The notes: a model not told the origin generated them from the sequence alone. A stretch of DNA of 64,000 nt from Candidatus Pacearchaeota archaeon (GCA_041659265.1 JBAZYP010000003.1:101221-165220), one strand, 5' to 3'. Shown: positions 41,035 through 50,131, counted from the stretch's first letter. Program-made: numbers and translations.

Positions 41035-41937
41035 ATGGAACAAATGAATCGAACCTCTTTTTATGATCAAATTTCTTCGAATAAATGGAAATCTGTTGTT
41101 TTAATGTCATTAGTATTTATTGTTTTAATTGCAATTGGAGCTATTATTGGTTTAGTTTTAGGTCCAGATTATTTTTTCTTTATAATGATTATTTCAATAA
41201 TAATTTCTATTGTCTATATCTGGATGGGTTATTTTCATTCAGCAGATTTAGCAATAGCTTCTGTTGGAGCAAAGATTGCAGATAGGGTTCATTACAAACA
41301 ATATTATCATTCAGTTGAAGGTTTAACTATGGCTTCAGGTTTACCAATGCCAAAATTATATGTTATGGAAGATAATAATATTAATGCATTTGCTTCAGGA
41401 AGAGACCCAGAACATGCTGTTATTTGTATAACTACTGGTGCTTATAATAAACTTTCAAAACAAGAATTAGAAGGAGTTTTAAGTCATGAACTTTCTCACA
41501 TAGCTAATTATGATATAAGGTTCATGACTCTAACTGCAATATTAGTTGGAATGATTGCAATAATTTCTGAAATATTTTTAAGAAGTTTATGGTTTAAAGA
41601 TTCAGGTTCAGATGATAATGGTTGGAATTTAGCATTAATAATAATTGGTATTGCTATGGCAATAATTGCCCCTATCATTGTTAAATTAGTTCAATTAGCA
41701 ATCTCTAGAAAAAGGGAATACATGGCAGATGCTTCCGCAGTTAAATTCACAAGATTCCCAACTGGTTTAGTTGGTGCATTAAAAAAAATAAAGACTGAAA
41801 CATCCGCTCCTGCTGAAAAAGTATCTTCAGCTATTGCTCCATTATTTATGGCAGACCCATTCAAGAGAAATTTCGATGGCCTTTTTTCAACTCATCCACC
41901 TCTTGAAAAAAGAATAGCAATGTTGGAACGTATGTAG
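41035..41937 (+). CDS. htpX: HtpX-family M48 zinc metalloprotease
   Basis: NAFASGR, ELEGVLSHELSH, SRKREYMAD, FSTHPP. Confidence 0.95.
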   Translation: MEQMNRTSFYDQISSNKWKSVVLMSLVFIVLIAIGAIIGLVLGPDYFFFIMIISIIISIVYIWMGYFHSADLAIASVGAKIADRVHYKQYYHSVEGLTMASGLPMPKLYVMEDNNINAFASGRDPEHAVICITTGAYNKLSKQELEGVLSHELSHIANYDIRFMTLTAILVGMIAIISEIFLRSLWFKDSGSDDNGWNLALIIIGIAMAIIAPIIVKLVQLAISRKREYMADASAVKFTRFPTGLVGALKKIKTETSAPAEKVSSAIAPLFMADPFKRNFDGLFSTHPPLEKRIAMLERM

Positions 41938-41979
41938 TTATATAACATCAAAACCATTCTGGTTTTGAATTTTATAGAT

Positions 41980-42288
41980 TCAGAAGAACATAATAAAACA
42001 TCCACCAAAAAATATTAAAAATATCAAAACCGCAATTATTTGAAACCCAATTTTAATATACCTTCTTCTAATAATAAATATACCATAATGTCTATAAATA
42101 AAGAAATATGTTACAGGAATAAGTAACGTTAATACAATTGTATATTCGCCAATTCTTAAAGAATCCATAATAACTATTAATAAAAATTAGAATATCACTA
42201 ATAAGAAAAATATCCCAATACCAATAAATATATCTAATATCCTTTTCTTATTAGAATCATAATAATCTAAACCTTGTTCTTCAAACAT
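41980..42288 (-). pseudogene. GxC-motif membrane peptide gene with one in-frame TAA (42189-42187)
   Basis: ATG at 42288 gives MFEEQGLDYYDSNKKRILDIFIGIGIFFLLVIF*FLLIVI, in frame with the listed 62-aa ORF, which ends RRRYIKIG...IFFGGCFIMFF. Confidence 0.65.
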
Positions 42289-42289
42289 T

Positions 42290-42706
42290 TCAAATCTTTC
42301 CTTTCATTATTCTATTGACATAATAAGCCCAAACAATAGTAATTAAAAGTATTAAATAAGCAATTGAAAAATACATATGAGGTTTAGTATAGGCCATTGC
42401 CTTGAATACAACAATCAATAGTAATAATAATGGTGATATGAATGCAAGACTAAAACTACCTAGTAAAATAAATTCACTTTTCTTATATAAAAATAAACCT
42501 ATTAATAATACGATAGTTAAACCAATTGAAGAAGGAATTCCTGTAATATTCATATTCATTCTTTTTTCTAAAATCATTCCACCAAACATAAATAATGATT
42601 GGATTATAACTACAATAACAATACCAATAAAGAAATATTTTAAGACATTATTTTCTTCAGATTTATTTTTTGAAACTGGTTTCTTATTTACAACCTTCTT
42701 TTTCAT
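42290..42706 (-). CDS. Four-TM membrane protein
   Basis: Hydrophobic segments after a basic N-terminus. Confidence 0.65.
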   Translation of the reverse strand: MKKKVVNKKPVSKNKSEENNVLKYFFIGIVIVVIIQSLFMFGGMILEKRMNMNITGIPSSIGLTIVLLIGLFLYKKSEFILLGSFSLAFISPLLLLLIVVFKAMAYTKPHMYFSIAYLILLITIVWAYYVNRIMKGKI

Positions 42707-42751
42707 TTAATAATAAGGAGAATTTTATTTAAATACCTTTCTAAAAGATTT

Positions 42752-43543
42752 CTAATATTTTTTTATTAACTTTAAACAATTTCTAAAAATTTCTTTTTCT
42801 CTATTGAAAAATATAACAAAATATATCACACATATTAATGAAAATATCTGGAAAAAGGTTAGTCCGAATAATATTACTTTTTCAATTCTAATAAATTCAA
42901 TAAAAAATCTAAAAGTAAAATAACTTATCATTAATTGTCTGAATAATTCACCAGGTTTAGGATTTTGTCTTTTTGCATATAATAAATAAAAAAACATTAT
43001 TAACATAAAAATAGATTCATATATTTGAGTAGGATGTCTTAAGATCTTATCACCAAAATCAACCCCCCAAGGTAATGTTGTTGGTTTCCCATAACAACAT
43101 CCTCTCAAAAAACAACCAATTCTTCCAATTGCTACACCTAATGCAATTGCAGGAGCAAATAAATTTCCTTTTCTTTCTTTTAATTTTAAATGTTTTTTAG
43201 CTATAAAAACTCCAATCATTCCACCGATTAATCCTCCGGTTATTGTCCTTCCAGAAAGAATCACCATGGGGTTTGTTATATTCGCAAGTATAAACTTATA
43301 ATTTAATATCCATATTGGTAATTTAGCACCAATTGCTCCACCAACTATTGCCGCAAGAGCAATATAAAATGTATTTTCATTTGCACTTTTATTTTTTCTA
43401 GCTTCAAGATAATAAATATAAGAACCAACAACAATTGCTAAAAGCATAAATGTCCCATAAGAAGGAATTTTTATTCCAAAAAAATTAAATAAATAAGGAT
43501 AAACTCCCCAATCATCTCCAGGAATTAAATGTTCATCAATCAT
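42752..43543 (-). CDS. lgt: Prolipoprotein diacylglyceryl transferase family protein
   Basis: SYG, GRIGCFLRGCCYG, LPWGV.F, RHPTQIYE, FRFFIEFIR. Confidence 0.88.
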   Translation of the reverse strand: MIDEHLIPGDDWGVYPYLFNFFGIKIPSYGTFMLLAIVVGSYIYYLEARKNKSANENTFYIALAAIVGGAIGAKLPIWILNYKFILANITNPMVILSGRTITGGLIGGMIGVFIAKKHLKLKERKGNLFAPAIALGVAIGRIGCFLRGCCYGKPTTLPWGVDFGDKILRHPTQIYESIFMLIMFFYLLYAKRQNPKPGELFRQLMISYFTFRFFIEFIRIEKVILFGLTFFQIFSLICVIYFVIFFNREKEIFRNCLKLIKKY

Positions 43544-44085
43544 TTTTTATGTTTAAAGACACAACATCCAGTTGTCATGCAATTATATATTTTTATTCCA
43601 CCACAAAAACCAAAACTTGATGCTGTCTTTAACAAAGCTAAAAAGAATAATATAACAAATCCAATTCTTTCATTAATATAATACAAAAATATTAATGCAA
43701 TAAAACTAAATATTGCCCCTAATAGATTAGCAAAAATAACAGCCTTTCTATCATAAGTATCTTTTTTAGATTTCATTAATTTTTCTACTGTATTTTCAAA
43801 TAATAATACAAATGGATTATATTCAGTTTTTAATGTAACTGCAATAAGAATTAAAACAAATCCTAATAAAGCAATTTCTTTAATTTGAAAAATTATTGCA
43901 AGGAAGTATAAAATAGCTATTATAATTTTTGAAAATCCTAGCGAATATCTTGATATTGAAAAAAATCTTTCATTAGTAAATCCGCCAGCTTTAATAATAG
44001 TATCAACAATTCTTTTTTTATCATCGCAAAGATCTTTATAAGACTCTTGATATACTCTTTTTGCTATTTTTTCTCTATCACTCAT
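43540..44085 (-). CDS. DUF4395-like membrane protein
   Basis: TM helices, FANLLG, and a C-terminal GFCGG.KIY.C...CC motif. Confidence 0.65.
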   Translation of the reverse strand: MSDREKIAKRVYQESYKDLCDDKKRIVDTIIKAGGFTNERFFSISRYSLGFSKIIIAILYFLAIIFQIKEIALLGFVLILIAVTLKTEYNPFVLLFENTVEKLMKSKKDTYDRKAVIFANLLGAIFSFIALIFLYYINERIGFVILFFLALLKTASSFGFCGGIKIYNCMTTGCCVFKHKK

Positions 44086-44090
44086 TTTTA

Positions 44091-44738
44091 TTATCTTTTA
44101 TAAAATATCTTATTTAAATTAGGAAAAAACATTCCTACATTATTCTGATATTCTTTATAATTTTTAAACTCTTCTTTCAATAATTTCTCTTCTTGTTTAG
44201 CCCTATAATACATGAATGGAACAAATACAAATGTATTTATTAAAAAACACATGTAATTAGAATAAGCTAGACTTCCTCCATAAAACATCCAGATTAATGA
44301 AGCATATAATGGATGCCTTACAATAGAATATAATCCACTTGTTACAAGGGTATGATCTTTATAGATTTTAATTTGATTGGACCAGTTTTTTCCTAGATTA
44401 AATCTACCTTTAACATTAAAATAAGCACCAAAGACAATCAAGAAAGTTCCAAATATAAGCATAATTAATCTTAGATTAACATTCTTTATTTCAAAATTAC
44501 CTATTCCAAACCTAATAAGGTTTGAATATATAAAAAAGAATAAGAACATGCTTCCTGTTTCAACAATAGATTTCTTTTTCTTTTTTTCATTCTTTCTTGG
44601 ATGAAATTCAATAAAATCAATTATTATAGCAACAATAACAACTAACATTGATAACATAATTAATAATGACATGGATAATGTAAATATTCCAATAGGAGTT
44701 TTTACAAGTTCTTTAACAATCTCAATATTTTTTATCAT
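44091..44738 (-). CDS. Isoprenylcysteine carboxyl methyltransferase (ICMT/Ste14/PEMT) family membrane methyltransferase
   Basis: LGKNWS...H.LVTSGLYSIVRHPLY...RAKQEEKLL...F..Y..Y...VGMF. Confidence 0.9.
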   Translation of the reverse strand: MIKNIEIVKELVKTPIGIFTLSMSLLIMLSMLVVIVAIIIDFIEFHPRKNEKKKKKSIVETGSMFLFFFIYSNLIRFGIGNFEIKNVNLRLIMLIFGTFLIVFGAYFNVKGRFNLGKNWSNQIKIYKDHTLVTSGLYSIVRHPLYASLIWMFYGGSLAYSNYMCFLINTFVFVPFMYYRAKQEEKLLKEEFKNYKEYQNNVGMFFPNLNKIFYKR

Positions 44739-44739
44739 A

Positions 44740-45021
44740 TTAATTATATTTTTTATTGATCTGCTCTATTCTCTTTTTAATTATATAATAAGTTATTAAG
44801 AATATTATAAGAAAAATTGAAAAAACAAAAATCATTGATAGGGATTGATTATCAAACATATTTTTTAAATAGGGATTTGTTTCAGCAAAATCTACTAATA
44901 TTACTCCAACAAAACCAACAGGAATGCACGAACCAACAAAAACTAATGGTCCTACAATAAATATTGTCAATAAAATTAATATCATTCTTGTTACAGGCCT
45001 CTTAATTTTTTCTTCATCCAT
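44740..45021 (-). CDS. GxC-motif membrane peptide, paralog 6
   Basis: IFIVGPLVFVGSCIPVG. Confidence 0.8.
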   Translation of the reverse strand: MDEEKIKRPVTRMILILLTIFIVGPLVFVGSCIPVGFVGVILVDFAETNPYLKNMFDNQSLSMIFVFSIFLIIFLITYYIIKKRIEQINKKYN

Positions 45022-45490
45022 ATTTTTCTTTGATAAATTTAATTGTTTTTATTACAACAAAAAATGCTAAAATAGTCCCTATTACTAATCCTGCTAGAAG
45101 ATATACCTCTGCTTTTGTGCTATAAATGTTCTGAGTAGTTACACCATAAAATCCAATAGGAAAACATGATCCAACAAAAACTAATGGTCCCAATATAAAA
45201 ATAGTTATTAAAATTCTTATTTTAATTTCAATTCCACTTTTTGTTTCTCTATTTTTGCTATTAGCATAAATATTATCAAAATGGAAATATAATCCACTTA
45301 ATACAAGAATAATCGATATAATAAAAATTAGAATCTGAATTAATTTTAAAATAAAATAAAAATCACGGAATTGACTAGTTCTAATAAACTCAATAATTAA
45401 AAATAAAATTAAATTTATAAATAAAATTAAAAAAAAATAATTTAATAATTTGCCTTTTTGTCCTTGATTATTAATATTTTTTTCATCCAT
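45014..45490 (-). CDS. GxC-motif membrane protein, paralog 5 (extra N-terminal TMs)
   Basis: IFILGPLVFVGSCFPIG. Confidence 0.8.
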   Translation of the reverse strand: MDEKNINNQGQKGKLLNYFFLILFINLILFLIIEFIRTSQFRDFYFILKLIQILIFIISIILVLSGLYFHFDNIYANSKNRETKSGIEIKIRILITIFILGPLVFVGSCFPIGFYGVTTQNIYSTKAEVYLLAGLVIGTILAFFVVIKTIKFIKEKYG

Positions 45491-45923
45491 TTTTTAAATC
45501 TTTAATAAATTTATATATAAAAAATAATGCTAGAAAACAAAATAGGAAAAATGACAGATATCCAGTTATCTCTTCTCTTGATTCTTTTGGAAATATTGAA
45601 GAATAGGTAAAAAAAGGAATTAATACTAATAACATATATCCTATAAAAAAATAAATAATATAATTATTAAAGAACTTTTTAATTATATATTTGGATTTTG
45701 TTGGATCCTGTTTATAGAATTTTAATATTTTTAAAATCAAAAATGCAGATATTAAGCCACAAAATAATGAAAGAAAAGGTAAAATTAAATCATAATTATT
45801 AAAATACGTGCTAGAGATTCCTAGGGGTAAGCAAGAACCTAAAAATATTAAAGGACCAATTAAAAATAAAATTAAGATAACAAATAAAACTTTTGATATT
45901 TTAGATTTTTTTCCTTCATCCAT
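45483..45923 (-). CDS. GxC-motif membrane protein, paralog 4
   Basis: LFLIGPLIFLGSCLPLG. Confidence 0.8.
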   Translation of the reverse strand: MDEGKKSKISKVLFVILILFLIGPLIFLGSCLPLGISSTYFNNYDLILPFLSLFCGLISAFLILKILKFYKQDPTKSKYIIKKFFNNYIIYFFIGYMLLVLIPFFTYSSIFPKESREEITGYLSFFLFCFLALFFIYKFIKDLKNG

Positions 45924-46164
45924 ATTTTTTATTAATTAACTTAATCAAATAAAAAACAACTAATATTCCTAAACCTAATCCAACTATCCATGACCCATAA
46001 AAGATTATCATTCCAAAGAATTCAGAACTTCCGCCTTCAGATAAAGTAAAACCAAATAAACCTAAAGGAAAACATGCCCCAACAAAAACTAATGGTCCTA
46101 CAATAAATATTGTCATTAATATTAAAATTATCTTCAATCCCGAACTTTTTTTATTCTTAACCAT
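45916..46164 (-). CDS. GxC-motif membrane peptide, paralog 3
   Basis: IFIVGPLVFVGACFPLG. Confidence 0.8.
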   Translation of the reverse strand: MVKNKKSSGLKIILILMTIFIVGPLVFVGACFPLGLFGFTLSEGGSSEFFGMIIFYGSWIVGLGLGILVVFYLIKLINKKYG

Positions 46165-46624
46165 ATTTTCTAATAATTTTATTTATTATAATATAAGCTA
46201 TAGATAATATAACTATAACTCCAAAAGATCCGATAATTAGGGTTGGTGAGGAAATAATCCTAAAAATATCTTGAAAAGATATAACTTCTCTAAGTAAATA
46301 AAAAAAGATTATTAATAAAACCAATAATAATAAACCAAAAATTATTTTTATATGAAGATCAATTTTACCAACTTCATAATATTTTTTTATAGCTTTAATT
46401 GTTTTTATTACAACGTATATAGCTAAACCTAATCCAATTATCCATGATGCAAAAAATAATCCAATCCATAAATTTGCTATAGTTCCTCCTCTTTCATAAG
46501 AATTCATAAAACCAAGCATACCTACAGGAAAACATGCTCCAAAAAAAACAAGTGGCCCTACAATAAAAATTGCAAGGAATATGAGAACAATTCTACTGGT
46601 TGGAATTTTTTCACTTTTACCCAT
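46157..46624 (-). CDS. GxC-motif membrane protein, paralog 2
   Basis: IFIVGPLVFFGACFPVG. Confidence 0.8.
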   Translation of the reverse strand: MGKSEKIPTSRIVLIFLAIFIVGPLVFFGACFPVGMLGFMNSYERGGTIANLWIGLFFASWIIGLGLAIYVVIKTIKAIKKYYEVGKIDLHIKIIFGLLLLVLLIIFFYLLREVISFQDIFRIISSPTLIIGSFGVIVILSIAYIIINKIIRKYG

Positions 46625-46697
46625 AAATACTAATATGCATTTGAGCTTATAAATATTGTTTATTTTATAATCTTAATAATTTTCTTTTTATTTTCTA

Positions 46698-46937
46698 TTA
46701 ACTAGTTTCATTAGAATTTTTATTAATTAAATAGAATAAACCAATAATGATTAAAGCAGTTATTAATATGGCTATCAGGACAGCTATTGAGAGATTTTCC
46801 GGGAATTGAACTCCTCCGTCCGAATATAAACTTAATCCAAATAAAACCGGAATACAAGATCCAACAAATACAATAGGTGCAATTATGAATAATACTAAAA
46901 TCATCAAAATTAGTTCTTTTAATTTTTTATTCATCAT
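46698..46937 (-). CDS. GxC-motif membrane peptide, paralog 1
   Basis: LFIIAPIVFVGSCIPV. Confidence 0.8.
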   Translation of the reverse strand: MMNKKLKELILMILVLFIIAPIVFVGSCIPVLFGLSLYSDGGVQFPENLSIAVLIAILITALIIIGLFYLINKNSNETS

Positions 46938-46962
46938 TTTTATGATATTTAAATAATTTAAT

Positions 46963-48330
46963 CTATCTCTCCATTTTCCTATAAATCATATTATACGTTG
47001 AAAATGGAATTTTTTTCAAATCTGGTGTTAAGATATGCACACATTCTTTTTGTATGGATTTCATATCAAAATTATATCTATCAACAAAAGAAGTTATACT
47101 TATCCTAAATGTATTATTATTATAATATTCTTTTCTTTCAGATTCTGATTTTTTATCTAATCCTTTAGGAATAAGAAACTTTAATTCACTTAAAAAATTA
47201 AAATAATTACAGCAAGAACCAGAACAACTCTTTAATTTTTCTTTTAATTCATCTGCATTAAAATTAAATGTATTATTTATTATCCCTAAATATTTTTTAG
47301 GATCAAATTTCCTTGTTAAAGGAACAACTCTATTTTTATCCCTGTACATATAATTTACACTGACTCTATCAACATCACAAGGTAGTGGAAAAAAATCACT
47401 TTTTTTTAATAATCCATTAGTTTGTTTTTCTATTTCTGAAATTATTCCAGTTATAGTTATTCTATTTTTTGTATTAATTTCATTTATTCTACCAAAATAA
47501 GCTACGGGTTGAAAATTTATTCCTCTTATTCCAGGCTTATTTAAAGAAAATTCAACTATTTTTCCTATTTCCTTATCATTAACCCCCCTTTCTATTGTAG
47601 AAACAATTGTTATTGGTATCTTATGTTCAATTAAATTAGTCATTGCTTTTAATTTCATTTCAATAATATTTTTCCCTCTTAATTTTTTTGTTGCAATATC
47701 ATCAAAACCATCAAATTGCAAATATATTTCAAAACCTGATTTAAATTTAGCTAGTTCATTAACAAATTCCTTATCCTGTGAAATTCTTAACCCATTTGTA
47801 TTAAGCATTACATACTTGAATTTTTTTTCAAGAGCCATTTTAATTATTTTTAATATATCTTTATGCATGGTTGGTTCTCCACCAGATATCTGTAAGACTT
47901 CTGCAGAATTATTTTCACTTGTTTGATAAAAATCCATCATTTTTTCTAATATCTTTAAATCTAAATAATTCTTTTTTCCAGAATTAGCATAACATACTGG
48001 ACAATTTAAGTCACAATCATTAGTTACTTCAATTAAACCAATGCAAGTGTGCTGATCATGACTATTGCATAAACCGCAATCATAAGGACAACCCCTAACT
48101 ATTTTTGTCTGGATTAGGCTTTTTGTTCCAGGTTTAGTATATTCATTTCTCGTTTTGTAATAATTACTATCCTCTTCCAATAGTTCTTCATGTTCACCAT
48201 GTGTAAAACAATGTTTTAAAACAAATATTTTACCTTCTTTTTCAATAATCTTTCCAGGGATTCTTTTTTCACATATTGAACAAAGAGTTGTAGTTGATTC
48301 TAAAAACAAATATCCTCTTTCTCTATCCAT
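46963..48330 (-). CDS. Radical SAM enzyme of the Tes/GDGT-MAS (MJ0619)-like family
   Basis: N-terminal CxxC...KxCxxHG, GCPYDCGLC..H.QHTC, CDLNCPVC, SGGEPT, YLQFDG, GINFQP, C-terminal F.D.YNFD...K.C.H..TPD...IPF..YN. Confidence 0.85.
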   Translation of the reverse strand: MDRERGYLFLESTTTLCSICEKRIPGKIIEKEGKIFVLKHCFTHGEHEELLEEDSNYYKTRNEYTKPGTKSLIQTKIVRGCPYDCGLCNSHDQHTCIGLIEVTNDCDLNCPVCYANSGKKNYLDLKILEKMMDFYQTSENNSAEVLQISGGEPTMHKDILKIIKMALEKKFKYVMLNTNGLRISQDKEFVNELAKFKSGFEIYLQFDGFDDIATKKLRGKNIIEMKLKAMTNLIEHKIPITIVSTIERGVNDKEIGKIVEFSLNKPGIRGINFQPVAYFGRINEINTKNRITITGIISEIEKQTNGLLKKSDFFPLPCDVDRVSVNYMYRDKNRVVPLTRKFDPKKYLGIINNTFNFNADELKEKLKSCSGSCCNYFNFLSELKFLIPKGLDKKSESERKEYYNNNTFRISITSFVDRYNFDMKSIQKECVHILTPDLKKIPFSTYNMIYRKMER

Positions 48331-48389
48331 TATTTTTTATAATAACTGATATTTATAAATTAGATTATAATTTATGTATAATTTTTTCC

Positions 48390-49040
48390 CTAAAATATCC
48401 CTTGATTATATAGCTGATTTATCAAATATTCTTGATCTGGATTATGTTTTAATATAGCTTCTTTAATTTTATCTTTATCAGGAGTTTCAATAACTCCACT
48501 TACAAACTTATCATTTTTTCGAGTTGTTGCAGCATCATAAAAATCAATTACAGATAAGATTCTTGCAGATATCATAATCATGGCTTCAGAACCTTTTGAC
48601 CAGTCTACATCAGGATGAGGAATATGCTCTGGATAACCATGTTCCTGGAACCAGTGATGATATAATAAGACTCTAGCAGAAAAATCATGCACTCCCCTTA
48701 AGATTCTATATCCATCTATTGGATGTTTTTTTAATTCTTTCTTGTCCTTATCATCAAATCCTATTTTTTTCTTTAATGATTTAGGATTTGTTAATGCTTT
48801 ACCTACATCATGCAATAAACCTGGATAAAATAATCCCTTTGGTTCAATAATATGAGTAAATTCAGCAACTTCTTCGCCCTTTAAACCTACTCTAATGGAA
48901 TGTTCATAGGTTTCAATATCTCTATATTTTATCAAGTTTAGATATGTATTTATCGATTCTCTTTGTTCATTAGAAATTTCCAAATATTCATAACTTTTCA
49001 ATAATCTAGCTTCTAAACTATCATTTTCCATATTTTTCAT
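48390..49040 (-). CDS. HD/HD-GYP-domain phosphohydrolase
   Basis: TYEHSIRV, LLHDVGK, HP..GY, HH...GYP, D.YDA. Confidence 0.88.
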   Translation of the reverse strand: MKNMENDSLEARLLKSYEYLEISNEQRESINTYLNLIKYRDIETYEHSIRVGLKGEEVAEFTHIIEPKGLFYPGLLHDVGKALTNPKSLKKKIGFDDKDKKELKKHPIDGYRILRGVHDFSARVLLYHHWFQEHGYPEHIPHPDVDWSKGSEAMIMISARILSVIDFYDAATTRKNDKFVSGVIETPDKDKIKEAILKHNPDQEYLINQLYNQGIF

Positions 49041-49150
49041 AAATATAAACCGCTTTTAAATTTTTCTAAAAATAACCCTTTAAAATCTATTTTTCATTAA
49101 ATATATCTTTATAAATAAAATCTTGTATTTTAGATTATAAAAAAGAGAAA

Positions 49151-50131
49151 ATGTCAGATCACAAAGTTAGTATATTAGCAAATCCTGAAGGAAATGCATG
49201 GGAATATGCAGAAGAGATTTTTAATTACTTAAATAAAAAAGATGATTGCTATGAATTAAATAGGGTGATAATTGAGTCTTTTAGAAATGGAGAAATTAAG
49301 CCCAAGATTGAAGATAATATTAGGGATAGAAAATGTTTCTTTATTCACGATTCAACACTTGATCCTAACAAATGGTTAGCTCAATTATCTCTAATTAACG
49401 AGACAATGCATAATTCTTCATCTTATAATATCACAGATATATTACCTATGTATTTATTTGCAAGACAAGATAGGAAAGATGATTCAAGGGTTCCAAAAAG
49501 TGCAAAAGTTGTTGCAGATATTGCACAAAAATATGGAAATAGATTAATGACATTAGATATTCACTGTCCACAGATAGAACTGGCATTTGATACACCTTTT
49601 GAAAACTTGCCTTCTTATCCAGTGGTATCTTCTTATTTAAAAAAGAATCACCCAAAAATACTCGATGATCTTGTAATTATGAGTCCAGATGAAGGCGGTG
49701 TGAAAAGAGCAGTTGCATTTGGAAAATATTTGCAAAATAATGAACTTGTTGTTGCATATAAAATTAAAGATAAAAATGGAAAAATTATAGATTTAAGGAT
49801 TTTAGGGGATGTTAAAGATAGAAAAGTAATGATGATTGATGATATCGTAGATTCAGGTAATACTTTAATTACAGCTGCAAGAAGAGCAAGAGATCTAGGA
49901 GCAAGTGAAGTTTATGCCTATGCAACTCACGGGTTATTTACTGAAGGTTCAGATAAAGTTACAAGAGAATTTGATAAATTTTTTGTAGGAGACACATTTA
50001 AACAAAAACAAGGAATTAACGCAGAAATTATCAAATTACCCTTATTCATTGGTGAGGCTATATACAGAAATATTACTGGTTTAAGTTTAAGCGAGATGTT
50101 CAGATACGATTTTGTTTTTGATGCAGTTTAA
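49151..50131 (+). CDS. prs: Ribose-phosphate pyrophosphokinase
   Basis: F.NGE, ARQDRK, LDIH, SPDEGG..RA, IDDIVDSGNTL, ATHGLF. Confidence 0.93.
   Translation: MSDHKVSILANPEGNAWEYAEEIFNYLNKKDDCYELNRVIIESFRNGEIKPKIEDNIRDRKCFFIHDSTLDPNKWLAQLSLINETMHNSSSYNITDILPMYLFARQDRKDDSRVPKSAKVVADIAQKYGNRLMTLDIHCPQIELAFDTPFENLPSYPVVSSYLKKNHPKILDDLVIMSPDEGGVKRAVAFGKYLQNNELVVAYKIKDKNGKIIDLRILGDVKDRKVMMIDDIVDSGNTLITAARRARDLGASEVYAYATHGLFTEGSDKVTREFDKFFVGDTFKQKQGINAEIIKLPLFIGEAIYRNITGLSLSEMFRYDFVFDAV

Noticed and set aside
42187-42189. Stop-codon recoding (Sec/Pyl or alternative genetic code)
   Set aside because: The codon is TAA, which terminates many genes in this window; a nonsense mutation or sequencing error is simpler
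44933-46115. Diversity-generating retroelement TR/VR pair (also considered for the lemA and prs duplications)
   Set aside because: No reverse transcriptase in the window; the copies are identical or differ without adenine-specific bias
46963-48330. MoaA or pterin dimethyltransferase annotation for the radical SAM
   Set aside because: No molybdopterin or methanopterin genes nearby; the motif layout fits the Tes/GDGT-MAS-like family and the neighbours are lipid/peptide-modifying genes
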